A stretch of DNA of 64,000 bases, from positions 72,751 through 136,750 of the forward strand of contig JAITPR010000016.1 of assembly GCA_031289315.1 (NCBI GenBank), written 5' to 3'. The position numbers were made by a program, and so were the translations under genes. The notes below the pieces were generated by a model. That model saw only the letters and a program-made list of their open reading frames with translations. It was not told the origin of the DNA and did no database searches. The stretch comes from Clostridiaceae bacterium (GTDB lineage Bacteria; Bacillota; Clostridia; Christensenellales; CAG-917). Every line of letters begins with the position of its first letter. Position 1 is the first letter of the stretch. This document shows positions 28,082 through 37,486 of the stretch, piece by piece.

Positions 28082-28110
28082 ATTCTATCATGCGCACGCC
28101 TATATGTCAA
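28082..28110 (-). promoter_or_regulatory. asd-dapA promoter TTGACA-17-TAGAAT
   Basis: The reverse complement reads TTGACA tataggcgtgcgcatga TAGAAT. The ~75-nt leader is too short for an L-box. Confidence 0.65.
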
Positions 28111-28218
28111 GCGCGTTTGCGTAAGAGGAGATTTAATTTAAGGTCAGATAAAGGTTTGAGTAAGTGCGCAGTGAAAATAAAAAAAACCGCTCTTGCAATT
28201 ACTTTCGCGCCTTAAAAT

Positions 28219-28263
28219 AAAAACGCAGTTGACGCAAGCAAATTGCTTTTGTCAACCGCGTTT
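28219..28263 (-). terminator. Terminator hairpin (H2-type module of the mosaic family) after the small zinc-ribbon gene
   Basis: ACGCAGTTGAC...GTCAACCGCGT stem flanked by an A-run and T-run. Confidence 0.6.
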
Positions 28264-28358
28264 AAAGTTAAAGATCTGTTTTATCGCTGTTAGGGTGTTT
28301 GGTTTTTATTGATTTATTATGTTCTTACCTATCGGTTTGGTTATACGACGCAATGAAA

Positions 28359-28607
28359 TCATGCCGACCATATACTACCGCAGTTAATACAAACATACAA
28401 CCTGGAATGGTCGCCACTAACTCCCAATAAGATCTTACCCAAAATACCGGTGAACATAAAAAATTCGCAAGATACAACACTGTGACCGCAGTATGAGCAA
28501 GATCCTCCACTCGACATATACTTCAGAAATTTATTTATTTCTGAAGATTTTAATTTTGTGTTTACGTCTAGTATTGCCTCAATTCTTCCTCTATCTGTAT
28601 AAGCCAT
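28359..28607 (-). CDS. Hypothetical 82-aa protein with CxxC...CxxC (zinc-ribbon-like) and a hydrophobic segment
   Basis: GAGGAG SD 5 nt upstream of the ATG; CSYCG...CINCG; low-GC context. The overlapping alternative frame 28325-28510 lacks an SD. Confidence 0.55.
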   Translation of the reverse strand: MAYTDRGRIEAILDVNTKLKSSEINKFLKYMSSGGSCSYCGHSVVSCEFFMFTGILGKILLGVSGDHSRLYVCINCGSIWSA

Positions 28608-28698
28608 GGGTACTCCTCATTGGTTTTATTATTTTCGTTATATTATTACTATGGTAAGAAGTCAAGTATTTTCTTACATTTGTGAGAAACTTTTTATC

Positions 28699-28908
28699 AT
28701 GAGTAACAAGTTCGGCGAAAATCTGAAAGAATTGCGTCTGGAGAGAAATTTGGGGCAAGTCGAATTGGCAAAAGCCATATCCGTTAGCAAAGGCATAATT
28801 AGTCTTTGGGAAAACAATCAACGTGAACCCACGCTGTCGTCTTTGTTGGCTTTAGCCGAATATTTTAACGTTAGTATTGACTTTCTTGTCGGACGTAATA
28901 ATTATTAA
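28699..28908 (+). CDS. XRE-family helix-turn-helix transcriptional regulator (69 aa)
   Basis: LKELRLERNLGQVELAKAISVSKGIISLWENNQREPTLSSLLALAEYFNVSIDFL is a canonical HTH_3. Start taken at the internal ATG at 28699. Confidence 0.75.
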   Translation: MSNKFGENLKELRLERNLGQVELAKAISVSKGIISLWENNQREPTLSSLLALAEYFNVSIDFLVGRNNY

Positions 28909-29150
28909 ACGTTTTTTCCCTCCGTGGCGGGATGTGCCAAACGTTCCGACGTGTTGATGTAATAATTAGACGCTGTTTTTACTCCCCGTTAAAACTGTAT
29001 ATGAGAAACTGCACTGAAAATGCCTGCGACTCGGTTTAATTTTCGCATGGTCTATCATATTACACGTGTGTTTATCATATTATCCGCACTTATTTTGCAA
29101 GTGCATTTCGACAAAAGTTTAATCGGTTTACCGCGACGCGGCACAATTAC

Positions 29151-29179
29151 TTGCAATATATGTTATGATATAGTAAAAT
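29151..29179 (+). promoter_or_regulatory. Promoter TTGCAA-17-TAAAAT
   Basis: TTGCAA 29151-29156, TAAAAT 29174-29179. Confidence 0.6.
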
Positions 29180-29184
29180 TATTT

Positions 29185-29249
29185 GGCAAGCCGGAAACAC
29201 GTTCCGGCTGTAGGGGGTTACGGAACCTAATTTATCGTACGGCTTGCCT
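29185..29249 (+). promoter_or_regulatory. Candidate structured leader with mutually exclusive helices (unknown class)
   Basis: P1 GGCAAGCCG(29185)/CGGCTTGCC(29240) encloses GTTCCG/CGGAAC. This competes with the hairpin GCCGGAA(29190)/TTCCGGC(29202). Confidence 0.3.
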
Positions 29250-29285
29250 TGTGAAAGTCCGCCGCTACGGTTTAATTTGATATTC

Positions 29286-29356
29286 GGGTGTGTACAATCC
29301 TCTGTGACGACTTACTGGCTAAGAAAATATTTTGTCACCGCGAACTGTCCCCACCC
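29286..29356. repeat. GTGGACA-palindrome repeat, full copy
   Basis: GTGTGTACAATCCTCTGTGACGACTTACTGGCTAAGAAAATATTTTGTCACCGCGAACTGTCCCCACCC. Confidence 0.9.
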
Positions 29357-29394
29357 ATTCCCCCCGAGAAAAGCAAGTGTACAAGGATGTTGTT

Positions 29395-30477
29395 ATGTCA
29401 GACGAAAATCGCTCCCTTTTTTTAAAGATGAGTACCGCGCCGGAGGAAACGGACGCGCCTAAAAAGGAATTGCCGGCAAAGGGCAGATTGAAGTACGTAT
29501 TCGGCGTTTTCCGCGCCGAAACGAATACGCTTTTTAGGGTTAATCTCCTTGTGATATTGTCGTTGATACCGCTGGGCTTTCTGTTTTTCTATTACCTGCC
29601 CGGGCAGTTGAACGCGGTTGCCGCCGGGTTCAATTTTATGGGCGGCATAGGTATAGGTTATCCGGAGGCGGTTTCATCGGCGGCGGAAAGCCAAATAGCA
29701 GTTTATAATGTATATCAAATATTTTTACTGTTGGCGACGCCGTGCGTATGGTTATTCGGTGTCACGCTGTCCGGTTTAAATTATATATGCCGCAAGCTTC
29801 TGCAAAAAGACAAGCCCGCTAAATTAGGCAAGTCGTTTTTTACCGGCATAAAGAAATATTGGTTCAACACCCTGTTAACTATCGTGTTGTTCTCGTTGAT
29901 TGCGTTGGGGGTCGGTTCTCTTGTAATTTATTTGCTTAAGAATATAGCCGCCGGGACTGCGACGGTGGGAACGTGGTTCGCGGTTATAGTACCGTCGCTA
30001 ATCGCATTACCTATTCTAATGTTGCCGTTGTTCATGCTGCCTATGTCGGTATTTTATCGGTTGAGCTTTAAGGATATACTCAAAAATTCGGTGATATTAC
30101 TTATAAAATTTCCGTTATTTGCGGTTATTATAGCGTTGGTTTCCGTCGCTCCATTGGTGTTGGTATTCGCCATACAGAGCAGTGCGCAGATTTTCATAGC
30201 CATAATATACGCGGTATTCGGCATCACACTGACGGCGATAGGCTGGACGGGCTTCGGGCAATACGTGTTCGGCGCGATAATGGAGCCTTTGGGCGAAATG
30301 CGCGTGGCGTCGAAAAAAGAAAAGGATGACACCGCACCGGTAGACGGCAATGCCGCGAACAATAAAAATAAGAAAAAGAACGTCTACGTCAACCCGAAGC
30401 AGCATAAGCACACGGATAAAAATGCCGTTAAAAAATCAGGTAAGAACGGAAGCGGCACAAACACAAAAAAGAAATAA
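29395..30477 (+). CDS. Polytopic membrane protein (DUF624/YesL-like) with a Lys-rich C-terminal tail
   Basis: Six predicted TM segments. Start moved to MSDENRSLF at 29395, because the ORF-track start at 29332 lies inside the repeat. Confidence 0.65.
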   Translation: MSDENRSLFLKMSTAPEETDAPKKELPAKGRLKYVFGVFRAETNTLFRVNLLVILSLIPLGFLFFYYLPGQLNAVAAGFNFMGGIGIGYPEAVSSAAESQIAVYNVYQIFLLLATPCVWLFGVTLSGLNYICRKLLQKDKPAKLGKSFFTGIKKYWFNTLLTIVLFSLIALGVGSLVIYLLKNIAAGTATVGTWFAVIVPSLIALPILMLPLFMLPMSVFYRLSFKDILKNSVILLIKFPLFAVIIALVSVAPLVLVFAIQSSAQIFIAIIYAVFGITLTAIGWTGFGQYVFGAIMEPLGEMRVASKKEKDDTAPVDGNAANNKNKKKNVYVNPKQHKHTDKNAVKKSGKNGSGTNTKKK

Positions 30478-30492
30478 TCTAGAAGCTATATC

Positions 30493-31371
30493 ATGGACGT
30501 AATAAAGAAATTTTTGATAATGGACGGCAGCGCGCTTGTGACCGTAGCGGACACGCGTGCGCTCACGGAACGTGCGCGTAAGTTGCACGATTTATCTCCG
30601 CTTGCGACGGCGGCACTAGGCAGAACTTTGACGGTAGCGGCATTTATGTCGCTGAAATTTAAGGATAAAGCCGCGCATTTGTCTATTACCGTCGACGGCG
30701 GCGGTCCTATAGGCAAGATAACCGTTTGTGCGGGCTACGGGGCGCAGGTGCGCGGGTTTGTGGAAAATCCGCATGTAGACCTGCCGCTTAACGCACACGG
30801 AAAGCTGGACGTCGGCGGCGCGGTGGGACACGCGGGCAACATACGTTGTGTAACCGATTTGAGATTAAAGGAGCCGTACATGGGGCAATCTCAGCTTGTT
30901 ACGGGCGAGATAAGCGAGGACTTTGCCTACTATTTCACGGTGAGCGAACAGCAACCCTCCGCGGTTGCGGCGGGCGTTTTGGTGAACGGCAAGGGCGTTA
31001 AGGCGGCGGGCGGGGTTTTCATTCAGCCGCTACCCGGTTGCGACGATTACAAGCTTACCATGCTGGAAGACATAGCGACGAACTTCGTAAACGTGTCGTG
31101 TCTTATAGACGAACACGGCGTCGACGGCATAATAGAAAATTATTTTTCGCATTTGGGCATGTCGGACACGGAAATTCTTTTTCCGAGATACAAGTGCGTG
31201 TGCGGCAAAAGAAAAATAGACGCCCTTGTAAATTCGTTGCCGGAAAAAGAAAAAGCGGAAATACTTGACGAACGCGGTGAAATAGAGGTGGTTTGTCACT
31301 TCTGCAACAAGGTTTACCGCTACGGCAGGGAAGACGTGGAAGATCTTAAGGCAAAGCATAAAAAGAAATAG
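30493..31371 (+). CDS. hslO: Redox-regulated chaperone Hsp33
   Basis: Hsp33 fold sequence and C-terminal zinc centre CVCG...CHFCN. Confidence 0.92.
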   Translation: MDVIKKFLIMDGSALVTVADTRALTERARKLHDLSPLATAALGRTLTVAAFMSLKFKDKAAHLSITVDGGGPIGKITVCAGYGAQVRGFVENPHVDLPLNAHGKLDVGGAVGHAGNIRCVTDLRLKEPYMGQSQLVTGEISEDFAYYFTVSEQQPSAVAAGVLVNGKGVKAAGGVFIQPLPGCDDYKLTMLEDIATNFVNVSCLIDEHGVDGIIENYFSHLGMSDTEILFPRYKCVCGKRKIDALVNSLPEKEKAEILDERGEIEVVCHFCNKVYRYGREDVEDLKAKHKKK

Positions 31372-31462
31372 ATTGGAAGCGACGCTATAGCGGTCGTCGC
31401 GATACTTCTTTTGAAAGGCAAGATATAAAAAAATTAAAAGTACGGTAAAGGAGCGCTTTGAA

Positions 31463-33271
31463 ATGGCGGAAATTTACGAGTTTAATCAAAATGCGGATAC
31501 ATATGCGGAGCTTGGACGCGCCGCAATTGCCGAAGGCGACAACGAGCGCGGAGTAATGCTTTTAAACAGAGCGTTGGAGATGTCTCCGGCGCACTTCAAG
31601 GCGTCGCTTTATTTGGGAAAGGTGTACGAAGCGGCGGAGGAGTACCGCATTGCCATAAAGGTATACATGCGCGCGCTCACAAAGACGACGCCGTTACTCA
31701 TGCTGAAAATAGCCTTCTGTTTCCTAAGTGAAGGCGATTTTGAAGAGGCGAATTATTATATAGATTTATTTGACTCCTCCGAACCCGCCGACGGCTATGA
31801 TTTTGCGACGGTTTTCGAGCCGTTAGACGAAGACGAGATAGAGGAGTTGGGGGAGATGTTGGGAGCGGACTCCTGCGACGACGACGACTGGGAGGACGAC
31901 GACGATGAGGACGATGAAGACGAGACGGATAACGGAAAGTTTCACATCGTCGGCGAAGACGACACGGACGAAATGTTTAAGGATTTGCCGATAGGTCTTA
32001 TTCACGATCTCATTTCCGACGGCGAGGACCAATCCGCGCTCAAAATTTTAGAAAAGGTCGCGGAGGACAGCCCGCAACGGACGACGGCGTACCATATAAT
32101 GTTTGCTATTTACACGTCGAACGGACAATACGACCGCATAATAGAGGAAGGCACACGCCTTTTGAAAAAGAGCCGCGACGAAGGCGTGCTTGCCGCGATG
32201 GCGGGGGCGTACTTGATGACCGGCGACCGCGCCGAGGCGGAAAAGTTTGCGCGTGAATTGTTGGACAAGGACCCGCAAAATTACCGCTACATAAAATCGT
32301 TTATGTTGCCGCTGGCGGAGGCGGGTGACCACAAGCAAAACGTGGAGTTCTTCACATACCTATTTAACATGCGCTCCGACTTGCTTTTGCCCGGCATGCT
32401 ACTGGCGGAAGCGCTGTTTAACGACGGACACACCGCCGATGCGATTGAAAAAATGAAACGCGTGCAAGCCTTGTTCGGGAAGTATAGCGACGCGGCGTTC
32501 TATGTGAAATATTTTTCCGACGCGGCAAACCACAAAAGAACTATAGATTACGACTTACACATACCGGAATCGGAAACGGCGGCACAGATGAAGGTGCTAG
32601 AGAAGGCGCACGACGAATATCTTCATGAGTTCGACTCCGCAAAGCTTAGGAAAAAGTTGCTTTACGACGCCGAATTTGTCGCCGCGATTAAAGCCGGATT
32701 GCGTTCTAGCCACCCCGACAACGCGCGGTCGGCGATTTTTATCATAGAGCAGTTGGCGGATTTGGGAGAGATGCCATTGGACATAATCAAGGAGTATTTG
32801 AGTGAGCCTTTTCTTAATCCCGTAATCACGGCTTTTTTGCTGACGCTTTTGTTAAGCTACCAAACGAATGTGGACATTCCCGTGGTTTTTGTTTGCAAAT
32901 GGCAAGAAACAAACATAATGTATCCTACGAAGGTGTTTCACTCCCTGCCGTCGGTTTTTGTCGCCGCCTACAGAACCGTGTTCATAGAAAATTTATTGAA
33001 GGGTACCAATATTAGGGAAACTTCCATGAAGCTTTCCAATATATTGGAGCCGCTAAAACATTTTAGAGAGGAATTGAAGAAGCGGCAGTTGCAAGGGAAA
33101 CCGCTTACCGCGGCGTTGCAAGTGGTTTTTGTTCACGGCGGTTACGGTATCCCCGCGACGGATGAGGAAATAACCGAAGCCGCGCAGTCGTTTTCCACAA
33201 AGCGTCCCTCCGTGATAAAGTATCTCAACATACTGGAAGAGCTTGTAAAAATAGACATCGCCGACGATTAG
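31463..33271 (+). CDS. TPR-repeat protein with a poly-acidic insert
   Basis: TPR-like AxxxGDxExAxxxxxxAL repeats; D/E run at aa 138-155. Confidence 0.7.
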   Translation: MAEIYEFNQNADTYAELGRAAIAEGDNERGVMLLNRALEMSPAHFKASLYLGKVYEAAEEYRIAIKVYMRALTKTTPLLMLKIAFCFLSEGDFEEANYYIDLFDSSEPADGYDFATVFEPLDEDEIEELGEMLGADSCDDDDWEDDDDEDDEDETDNGKFHIVGEDDTDEMFKDLPIGLIHDLISDGEDQSALKILEKVAEDSPQRTTAYHIMFAIYTSNGQYDRIIEEGTRLLKKSRDEGVLAAMAGAYLMTGDRAEAEKFARELLDKDPQNYRYIKSFMLPLAEAGDHKQNVEFFTYLFNMRSDLLLPGMLLAEALFNDGHTADAIEKMKRVQALFGKYSDAAFYVKYFSDAANHKRTIDYDLHIPESETAAQMKVLEKAHDEYLHEFDSAKLRKKLLYDAEFVAAIKAGLRSSHPDNARSAIFIIEQLADLGEMPLDIIKEYLSEPFLNPVITAFLLTLLLSYQTNVDIPVVFVCKWQETNIMYPTKVFHSLPSVFVAAYRTVFIENLLKGTNIRETSMKLSNILEPLKHFREELKKRQLQGKPLTAALQVVFVHGGYGIPATDEEITEAAQSFSTKRPSVIKYLNILEELVKIDIADD

Positions 33272-33331
33272 AAAAACGTAGCGGGAAAAACGCAATTGAT
33301 GCGGTTTCCCTATAAAGCGGAGCGGAATAAG

Positions 33332-34237
33332 ATGAATTTAACTGAACTGTTCTACGAATACGTGAGAACAAAAAAAAATTTTTACGATGGTGACGACGAC
33401 GGTTACGGCGGCGGGTACGATGATGACGACGACGGTTACGCGGTACACACACACGGCGGACATGTTCACGGCGATGGTTGCGAATGCGACGAGTGCGCTT
33501 CGCACGGAGTCGTTGACGCCGACGACGTGCCAGAGCTTTACGCGGAGTGGTTAAACCTATACTGTGAGGAAATAGGGCAGACTCCCGAGGCTTATATCGA
33601 CCGCATGCGCGCAGACGGTACGTTGGAGGACTACGCAGAACAATGCTTTATGTCCGATTGGGAGCTTGACGAAACGGTCGCCGGCTATTTAGCGGACGGA
33701 ACGCATACGGCTTTTTTAACCTTGAGGCTTGCCGATGCCGACGTTTCCGTAGCGCTTACGGCGGCGAAGCTTTTGGCGATTGCACCGGGTCGTGCCGCCG
33801 AAGCCGCGTTGCTTGACGCAATTATGTCCCCGGCGACGCCGTACGCGGTAAAGCTTGTCGCATACGAGGCGCTACTTGAAGCGGGCGACCACATAGTCGA
33901 CGAGATATTGAAGCGCATTTACGCGGCGGATGCGGATACGCAAACGATGCTGATTGAAATAATGGCGCGCTACAAGGGCAACAAGGCGGTTTATATGTGG
34001 CTTGTAACGCTGTTGTACCGCGGCGACGAGGCGGCGCTTGCCGCGTCGCTGTTGGGCGCTTACGGCGACGAGGACGCTATAGACGTGCTTAATTCCTTCG
34101 CGGCGGAATACGAACTTGACGCAAACGAATTGACGGAAGTCCGCAACGCGGTCGAAAGACTTGGCGGCGAATTTAACGAGAACGGTGTTTTCGGCGCGGA
34201 TAAAAACGCCGGAGAAGGAGACGAAGACCCGGAGTGA
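33332..34237 (+). CDS. Hypothetical acidic protein with a His/Cys/Asp-rich N-terminus and HEAT-like repeats
   Basis: Start at MNLTELF (GGAG upstream). HEAT-like AALLDAI...AVKLVAYEALLEAGD. Confidence 0.6.
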   Translation: MNLTELFYEYVRTKKNFYDGDDDGYGGGYDDDDDGYAVHTHGGHVHGDGCECDECASHGVVDADDVPELYAEWLNLYCEEIGQTPEAYIDRMRADGTLEDYAEQCFMSDWELDETVAGYLADGTHTAFLTLRLADADVSVALTAAKLLAIAPGRAAEAALLDAIMSPATPYAVKLVAYEALLEAGDHIVDEILKRIYAADADTQTMLIEIMARYKGNKAVYMWLVTLLYRGDEAALAASLLGAYGDEDAIDVLNSFAAEYELDANELTEVRNAVERLGGEFNENGVFGADKNAGEGDEDPE

Positions 34238-34279
34238 AAAATAATTTAAGCTTTTTATCTGGGCTTTCGGAGAGTATTT

Positions 34280-34987
34280 ATGGTAACATACGAACAAGTC
34301 AGAAGTGACGAAGAAATAAAAGCGCTTATCGGCGCCGCGGATAATATCCTAAACGTCATGCAGTATACCGAACACGGTACCCGCCACGTAACCTATGTGG
34401 CGAATACGGCATCCAAAATACTGCAGAAGCTGGGCTATCCGGAGAATCTGCAAGAGCTTGCTAAAATCTGCGGTTATTTGCACGACATCGGCAACGCCAT
34501 AAATCGCCATAATCACGGTATTACCGGAGCGATTATGGTTTACCCTATTCTGCTTAGGTTGGGCATGCCGCTTGAAGACATAGCCATTATCGTGTCCGCG
34601 ATAGGCAACCACGAGGAGGAGCTGGGCGTGGCGGTGAACCCGGTAAGCGCGGCGGTAATAATAGCCGATAAAAGCGATGCACACCGTACGCGCGTACGCC
34701 GTGACAGCTATGACCCGACGGACATTCACGACCGCGTTAACTTTTCCATTTTAAAAAACATCGTCACGGTTAAGTCCGAAAAGCGGATAATAGCCAGTAA
34801 TTTTTATATGGATAAGTCGTCGTCGGTAATGGAGTATTTTCAAATTTACCTTTCGCGCATACAGATGAGCGAACACGCCGCCGCATATCTCAATTGCGCG
34901 TTTCAGCTTTATATAAACGACGTACTTATAAACACCCCGAAGCAAAAGGTCGTGCCGCCCTCCGACATAAACGACCAAGTTAATTAG
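34280..34987 (+). CDS. HD-domain phosphohydrolase
   Basis: H..H...LHDIGN motif (GYLHDIGNAINRHNH). Confidence 0.8.
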   Translation: MVTYEQVRSDEEIKALIGAADNILNVMQYTEHGTRHVTYVANTASKILQKLGYPENLQELAKICGYLHDIGNAINRHNHGITGAIMVYPILLRLGMPLEDIAIIVSAIGNHEEELGVAVNPVSAAVIIADKSDAHRTRVRRDSYDPTDIHDRVNFSILKNIVTVKSEKRIIASNFYMDKSSSVMEYFQIYLSRIQMSEHAAAYLNCAFQLYINDVLINTPKQKVVPPSDINDQVN

Positions 34988-35057
34988 GAGTGTACGCACG
35001 CACGCGCTAACGGCGTATTTTGCCGCTTTCGGTGCTTTATTAAATGCGGAAAAAATC

Positions 35058-35111
35058 GGGTATGTACAATTCGGTGATAAAAGATTTCGTTACCACGGGG
35101 TGTCCACACCC
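35058..35111. repeat. GTGGACA-palindrome repeat, short-loop copy
   Basis: GGGTATGTACAATTCGGTGATAAAAGATTTCGTTACCACGGGGTGTCCACACCC. Ends 17 nt before the ATG at 35129. Confidence 0.75.
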
Positions 35112-35128
35112 AAAATTAGGCGCGTTAT

Positions 35129-35881
35129 ATGGCAGATGTAACTTTAAAACCCGACGAGGTGTTGGAAGATTTGGACTTAAACGGTCTTAAAATCATACAA
35201 TCACGAGTGCTTTACCGCTTCACGTCCGACGCGGTGAAGCTTGCGGCTTTGACGCGTTTAAAAAGCCGGGAGACCGTTGCGGACTTAGGAACCGGCTCCG
35301 CTATAATTCCGCTTCTCCTTGCGGGGCGGACAAACGCGTCCTATATAGCCGGCATAGAAATTCAAAGCGAGCTTGCCGATATGGCACAACGCAGTGTTGA
35401 TTATAACAATTTACAAGATAAAATAGAAATTTTTAATATTGACATAACCGGAGATTTGCACCCGCTAAAGGAAAGGCTTGCCAAACGTCTTAAAACTCCC
35501 GGCGTGCTTTTTGATGCGGTGACGGCAAATCCGCCGTATTTTGTGCTTCCGACCGCGTGCGGCGACGGCGGTGATTTTACCAATCCGGCGTTTAACGCCG
35601 CGGCGAATCCGTCCGATTTAACGGCTAAATATGAAACCGCCGCGACAATGAAGGATTTCGTCGTCGCGGCGGCTAAGCTACTTAAATTCGGCGGTAGCTT
35701 TTACACCGTCAATAAGGCGGCACGCCTTGCCGAATGCATTAACGTTATTCACGGGTGCGGCATGGAAGCTAAGGATATTACATTGATTTTTCCGAAGCAC
35801 GGCATGCCCGCCGATACCTTTATATTGCGCGCCGTTAAAGGCGGACATTCCGGAGGGCTGACCGTATCCGTTTTCGAATAA
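35129..35881 (+). CDS. SAM-dependent N6-adenine methyltransferase (tRNA m6A37 YfiC-like)
   Basis: Motif I DLGTGSAIIP and motif IV NPPYF. Confidence 0.8.
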   Translation: MADVTLKPDEVLEDLDLNGLKIIQSRVLYRFTSDAVKLAALTRLKSRETVADLGTGSAIIPLLLAGRTNASYIAGIEIQSELADMAQRSVDYNNLQDKIEIFNIDITGDLHPLKERLAKRLKTPGVLFDAVTANPPYFVLPTACGDGGDFTNPAFNAAANPSDLTAKYETAATMKDFVVAAAKLLKFGGSFYTVNKAARLAECINVIHGCGMEAKDITLIFPKHGMPADTFILRAVKGGHSGGLTVSVFE

Positions 35882-35896
35882 GGTTTGGTTCCCGCC

Positions 35897-35917
35897 GTCA
35901 CGCGAATTGCCCCCCTT
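35897..35917. repeat. Half copy (one arm) of the GTGGACA-palindrome repeat
   Basis: GTCACGCGAATTGCCCCCC matches the GTCACCGCGAA(C/T)TGTCC arm. It lies between two convergent stop codons. Confidence 0.5.
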
Positions 35918-36360
35918 TATTTTAGGGCGACGACTTCTATCTTCAGTTTGGCGGAAATTTCCGGGTAAACCTTTACTTCTACCACATAAAATCCCAAGTC
36001 TTTAATGGGGTCTTTCATGACGATTTTTCTTTTGTCGACGCCCAATCCGTCCGCAGCTAAAGCCTCCGCGATTTCCTTTGAGGTAACGCTGCCGTAGATT
36101 TTACCTTCGCCTACGCGCACGCCCACGCGAACAATCTGTTGAGATAGCTTTTCGGCAAGCAATTTAGCTTCCTCCGCTTCCTTTTTCTTTCGCGCCGCAT
36201 CCGCCGCGTTTTTTTGTTTCAAGTCGTTTACCGTCTGCGCGGTAGCCTCGGAGGCAAGCTTTCTTTTTATGAGGAAATTTCTAGCGTAGCCGTCGTTAAC
36301 TTCCACTATCTCATTCTTTTTCCCTAAACTCTTAACGTCCTCAAGCAGTAATACTTTCAT
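35917..36360 (-). CDS. rplI: 50S ribosomal protein L9 (bL9)
   Basis: MKVLLLEDVKSLGKKNEIVEVNDGYARNFL. Confidence 0.96.
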   Translation of the reverse strand: MKVLLLEDVKSLGKKNEIVEVNDGYARNFLIKRKLASEATAQTVNDLKQKNAADAARKKKEAEEAKLLAEKLSQQIVRVGVRVGEGKIYGSVTSKEIAEALAADGLGVDKRKIVMKDPIKDLGFYVVEVKVYPEISAKLKIEVVALK

Positions 36361-36379
36361 ATTGTTCTCCTTTATTTAT

Positions 36380-36446
36380 GGTGTGTATAATCCGATGTGA
36401 CGACTTGCATGCTAAGAAAATATTTTGTCACCGGAATTGCCCATCC
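36380..36446. repeat. GTGGACA-palindrome repeat, full copy in the rplI 5' UTR
   Basis: GGTGTGTATAATCCGATGTGACGACTTGCATGCTAAGAAAATATTTTGTCACCGGAATTGCCCATCC. Ends 19 nt from the ATG. Confidence 0.9.
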
Positions 36447-36499
36447 ATTTAATTAATACCGCCCGCCAACCATGTTGCGGCGCACGGATATTCCATATA

Positions 36500-36528
36500 A
36501 ATATACCACGCATGTGCCTTTTTCGCAA
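36500..36528 (-). promoter_or_regulatory. rplI promoter TTGCGA-17-TATATT
   Basis: The reverse complement reads TTGCGA aaaaggcacatgcgtgg TATATT. It lies upstream of the palindrome repeat. Confidence 0.6.
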
Positions 36529-37450
36529 GACATTTTTTGATAGGGCAGATACATATTTATGTATGCGGATTGCACAGAGATGTATCGTAAAAGTTTTCGC
36601 ACTTATTTGGGGACCTTTCGACACGACGGTGTTACGGCTATCACCGTAACACTGTCGGCTCAAGGTGACAGTCTAGAGAACAAAGCTCGGGATTGTCGAG
36701 TTCGTCGGTCATTACCGTCTGCATCTCAAGGTGACAGTCTAGAAAACAACGATCCCATTTCGGGAAGGTGTTATACTGCCGAGCATATTGTCATATTGAG
36801 CCGAAAACCTTTTTGTCTAGAGCAATATAACCCGCATTGAATGGCGGAAATATGTCCGGGAAATGTTTAGCGAAGGAGTTAAGCGGGGGAAATTTTACAG
36901 GTATATCGCACCTTAGTCGGAGGGCGGAGGCGCATTGTGCGTTGCGAAAAATGCCGTGCGGGAGGGGATCGGCGCAATTTAAAATGCGTTTGCGGGCGTA
37001 ATGTACGGAAGTACGGGCATTACAAGTTTCAACATCAAAGTAAAAAATATATTTTGTCCCTCAATTTTGCTCTTAAGAACGCGTTTCGAATAGCAAAATA
37101 TGCTCTTAAAAAATTTTTTTTTATCAAAGATGTCAAATGAGGCACTTTGTAATTAAATTTTTAGGGTGAAAGTAAAATTTTTTTTATGCAAATGTGTATA
37201 AAAACGGTTTTTTATGCGTAAAATTCATAAAAAGCGGGTTTTAATTCATATTCAGACCGCGTATAAAACCCTAATTAAGGTTGAAAAAAGCGATTTTAAA
37301 ACCCAAATTTTTATCATAATCCGCAGTTGATAATAGCAAAATATACTGATAAACATTGAATTTAGTTGAAAATAGGACTTGTCGTATTAACGTCTAACCA
37401 TGTTTATTTTGTATACAAGATCGTTTATTTACTTAAAATCCTCTGCGGGG

Positions 37451-37479
37451 TTGCATTTGGCGCAATTATGTGGTAAAAT
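37451..37479 (+). promoter_or_regulatory. Promoter TTGCAT-17-TAAAAT
   Basis: TTGCAT 37451-37456, TAAAAT 37474-37479. Confidence 0.6.
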
Positions 37480-37486
37480 CTAACGG

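Noticed and set aside
29332-29394. ORF-track N-terminal extensions that begin inside palindrome repeats: 29332, 24131 (ATPase), 48617 (hydrolase), 59221 (pheA), 28110 (asd), 2521 (cupin), 12691 (rpmD)
   Set aside because: In each case a downstream ATG has a proper SD and gives the N-terminus typical of the family. The extension would translate repeat or promoter sequence.
36659-36750. Two 26-bp direct repeats 65 bp apart as a CRISPR array
   Set aside because: There are only two good copies, the third match is partial at a different spacing, and there is no leader or cas context.
36937-37140. 67-aa ORF with a GTG start, a good GGAGG..GGAGG upstream and a CxxC..CxC motif
   Set aside because: Composition switches abruptly from GC-rich to very AT-rich in mid-ORF, and the second half reads like intergenic A/T tracts. 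I kept it only as part of the unexplained 1.4-kb interval. Ribo-seq could revive it.
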